NCBI GenBank assembly: GCA_965649295.1
Contig: CBFGKH010000003.1
Location: 190,615-254,614, forward strand
Direction: 5' to 3'
Source of the DNA: a candidate division WOR-3 bacterium
Lineage (GTDB): Bacteria; Hydrothermota; Tepidihabitantia; Tepidihabitantales; Tepidihabitantaceae
DNA length: 64,000 bases
Part shown: positions 61,001-64,000 of the stretch, one piece after another
Layout: each line of letters opens with the position of its first letter
How positions within the stretch are numbered: the first letter of the stretch is position 1
Made by a program: the position numbers and the translations under genes
Notes under the pieces: generated by a model
The model's database searches: none
What the model was told of the DNA's origin: nothing
Seen by the model: only the letters and a program-made list of their open reading frames with translations

Positions 61001-63040
61001 GGCTCCAGCCAGGTCGTTCCAGTCAAAGGTCGGCCGCCGCCCAGTCACCCAGCCGCCTATCGGCGATACCAGTGTTGGCTGGCCCATGACCAGCAACGCA
61101 CCGGTCTGCTGATTGTTGGCTGGATTCGCGTCACCGGCCAACGTGCTGGTGGCAGTCATCGTATAGTAACCCGGCGCCAGCGATGTCGTAATCGGGGCAA
61201 AGGATAGGCTACCTGAGGCACCGGCATTGAGCGCGATGCTCTGACTGTTGCTGTACCCGGACGAGATTGCGAAGGTGACCGGAATGTTCTCGCTCACGGT
61301 CCCGGCGTTACGAATCGTCGCTGTTGGCGTGAAGGTTGCCGTGCCCGGCGCATAGACGGTGCCACTAATCGGCACGGTAATCGCATCAACTGCCGCGTCG
61401 TGAATAACTGGACTGCTCCCCAGATACTTAATCGCCCGAGCCGTATCGAGCGGCAGCGCACCGGGATGGTAGCTGCCGTTGTAGAGGCACTGAATCGAGT
61501 GGCCCTGGCCGTTGTCCTGCATCCCGACGGTAGTTGACGTCGCACTGCCGTAGGCACGCTTGTATTGAGCAATTAGCACACTGTTGTCCGACCCACCCGC
61601 CGCATTACTGATAATGAGCTGAAACTTGTCGCGCAGCGGACTGCTGTAGTGCGCAATGCTGTCGTACTCGATTATGAAACGGTTGTTGGCCTGGTCATGG
61701 TAGTACCAGATGCCGTTACTGGCAGCCGGATTGAGGTCATCCCAAGCTAAGGCGACCATTGCCGGCATCAATCCGTTGGGCAGCGCGGTATTGTTCCAAG
61801 CGACGCTCGTCGTCACACCCGGTGCCACCCAGCCATTCGAGCAGATTGAGAGTTGGGTGTAATCCTGACCATACCATCGCCAGACAAAACCCGTTGGCAG
61901 AGTGAGCGTGATGGTCTGGTCGTCACCGATGCTCAGCCGCGTGCCGATTGGATTTATCTCAACCCAATTGTAGGTCGGCCGCTGTGGATAGCCGGTGTCG
62001 CCATCGTCATAGGCCTGGTAGATTGGTGGACAGGCGTCTGGAATCGGGTCGTTCGGCGTCATCACCCCAACAGTGATGTAGATCACCCTTGTTACGTTGT
62101 AGCCGCTGGCCGAAAGCAGCAGGGTGCAGGGCACAACTGTGCCCAAGGGCAGCAGCGGGCTGGCAGCCGCCGCGAACCGGTCACTGGCATTGCTCGCACT
62201 GCTGTTGGCCGGAATCGTTCCGAACGCGCTGGTCGAATCAGTGATTACGAAATAGGGGTTGCCGGATCGAAGAACGCCGGTGACGGTGTTGGCGGTCTGG
62301 TTGCCAACATTGTAGAGAACAAGCTGCAACTGGCCGCTTTCCCCTGGGTCCAACCGGCCGTTGTTGTTACCGCCTGGGGTCGGATCAAGCACGGTGAGCG
62401 GACCAGTGGTAAGATACGGCCCGTTACCAACACTCTGCAGCGAGAAGCTATCGGCGAGGACCCTCGCCACTGGGTTGGTTCAGCCGTCCTCAGTGTAGGT
62501 GTACAGCGATACCGTTACCTTTGCGACCTGGGTCGGGTTCACGCCCGGCAGATTGGCACTGAGCTCATCGGCGATGTTCAGTGTATAGCGCTCCCAGTTG
62601 TAGCTCGTCACATCAACCAGATGCAGGGTAGGGCTTGAAGTCCATGTGCAGTAACTGTCGTGCTTGTAGAAACGTGTTTCGCCTAGCACCACCGAAGCCG
62701 AGTTGCGATACTCAACGCAGACTGCGGCCACTGCCCAGCAAGTCGGCGAACTGCCGACAATCTGCATGTTGGCGGTGAATGATAGATTCAGCGCTGCACA
62801 GGGAACGGTGACTGTCTGGCTCAACCGTCCCCAGCCAGGGCCGTCGAACAACGAATCACGGGCCTCGTAATCAGGGTCCGGGTGGAACCCGGTGCTGCGG
62901 TCAATCGTAACTGTACCGACGCCGCCCTGCTGTGTAACCCATCCGGTACTCAGGCTCTGCTCGAACCCTCCGTTGATGAGCAGCTCCTGACCGAAAAGTC
63001 CGGTCACGACCAGGGCGACAAAAAGAACCACCTGTTTCAT
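58043..63040 (-). CDS. Putative 1665-aa secreted selenoprotein (U187): CBM-like + Ig-like + nidogen-like + CARDB + ~6 FN3-like + Kelch-like + T9SS-like CTD
   Basis: Joins ORFs 62480-63040 and 58043-62470 in frame across TGA 62482-62480. SECIS-like hairpin follows. Paralog 9650-11575 is continuous over this point. The signal peptide is only in the upstream ORF. Confidence 0.8.
62453..62468 (-). promoter_or_regulatory. Putative bacterial SECIS element
   Basis: UGA-ACCAACCCAGU(11 nt)-GGCGAG-GGUC-CUCGCC. Confidence 0.75.
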
Positions 63041-63158
63041 TCTGTCGCCTTCCTACACCCCAGAGATAATTATACACGACAGGAGCGGCATCGGTCAACC
63101 AGGACAACCAACTGGTGCAGGGGTTTTGACCAAATAGCAACTGGCGGCAAAAGAAAAC

Positions 63159-63275
63159 CCCGGCAGCGACCTACTCTCCCATGCCGTTACCAGCACAGTA
63201 CCATCGGCCCTGGAGGGCTTAACGACTCTGTTCGGAATGGGAAGAGGTGTGGCCCCTCCGGTAAAACCGCCGGGA
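63159..63275 (-). rRNA. rrf: 5S rRNA
   Basis: Reverse complement contains CCCATTCCGAAC, GCCGATGGTACT and GGGAGAGTAGGTCGCTGCC. Confidence 0.95.
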
Positions 63276-63304
63276 AAAACCTAATAAGGAGAAGAAGCAG
63301 ACCG

Positions 63305-64000
<696 letters not shown>

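Overview
64 kb of a GC-rich diderm bacterial chromosome. The many secreted proteins with T9SS/FlgD-like C-terminal domains and Kelch-like propellers suggest an FCB-group lineage such as candidate WOR-3 (inference, no search run). Housekeeping genes present: cysS, sppA, secA, rarA, gltX-glnS, a TetR-TolC-MFP-RND efflux operon, cmk-plsC-ispH-rpsA-mtaB, skp-lpxD-lpxC-fabZ-lpxA-folC, amrS, osmC, tRNA-Ile, two tRNA-Ser, 5S rRNA and the 3' end of 23S rRNA. These are interleaved with large secreted surface proteins. Two signals stand out. (1) The minus-strand ORFs 62480-63040 and 58043-62470 are in frame, split by a single UGA followed after 11 nt by a hairpin with a GGUC loop (fdhF-like bacterial SECIS geometry). 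An uninterrupted paralog in this window reads straight through the same point, so this is most likely a 1665-aa secreted selenoprotein. (2) Bases 1-9316 are a ~2.8-kb-period tandem array of [promoter - LVIVD propeller gene - variable N-terminal cassette]. Only the last cassette continues into a clan GH-A glycoside hydrolase body, and near-identical blocks flank variable blocks in a mosaic pattern, suggesting recombinational cassette swapping. Also noted: pervasive leaderless promoters, an orphan ~140-nt structured transcript, a cytochrome c/Reeler/beta-barrel cluster, a Cys-rich SecA insertion and a dispersed intergenic repeat. No CRISPR array, transposase, integrase or reverse transcriptase was recognised. 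All product calls come from motif recognition only.
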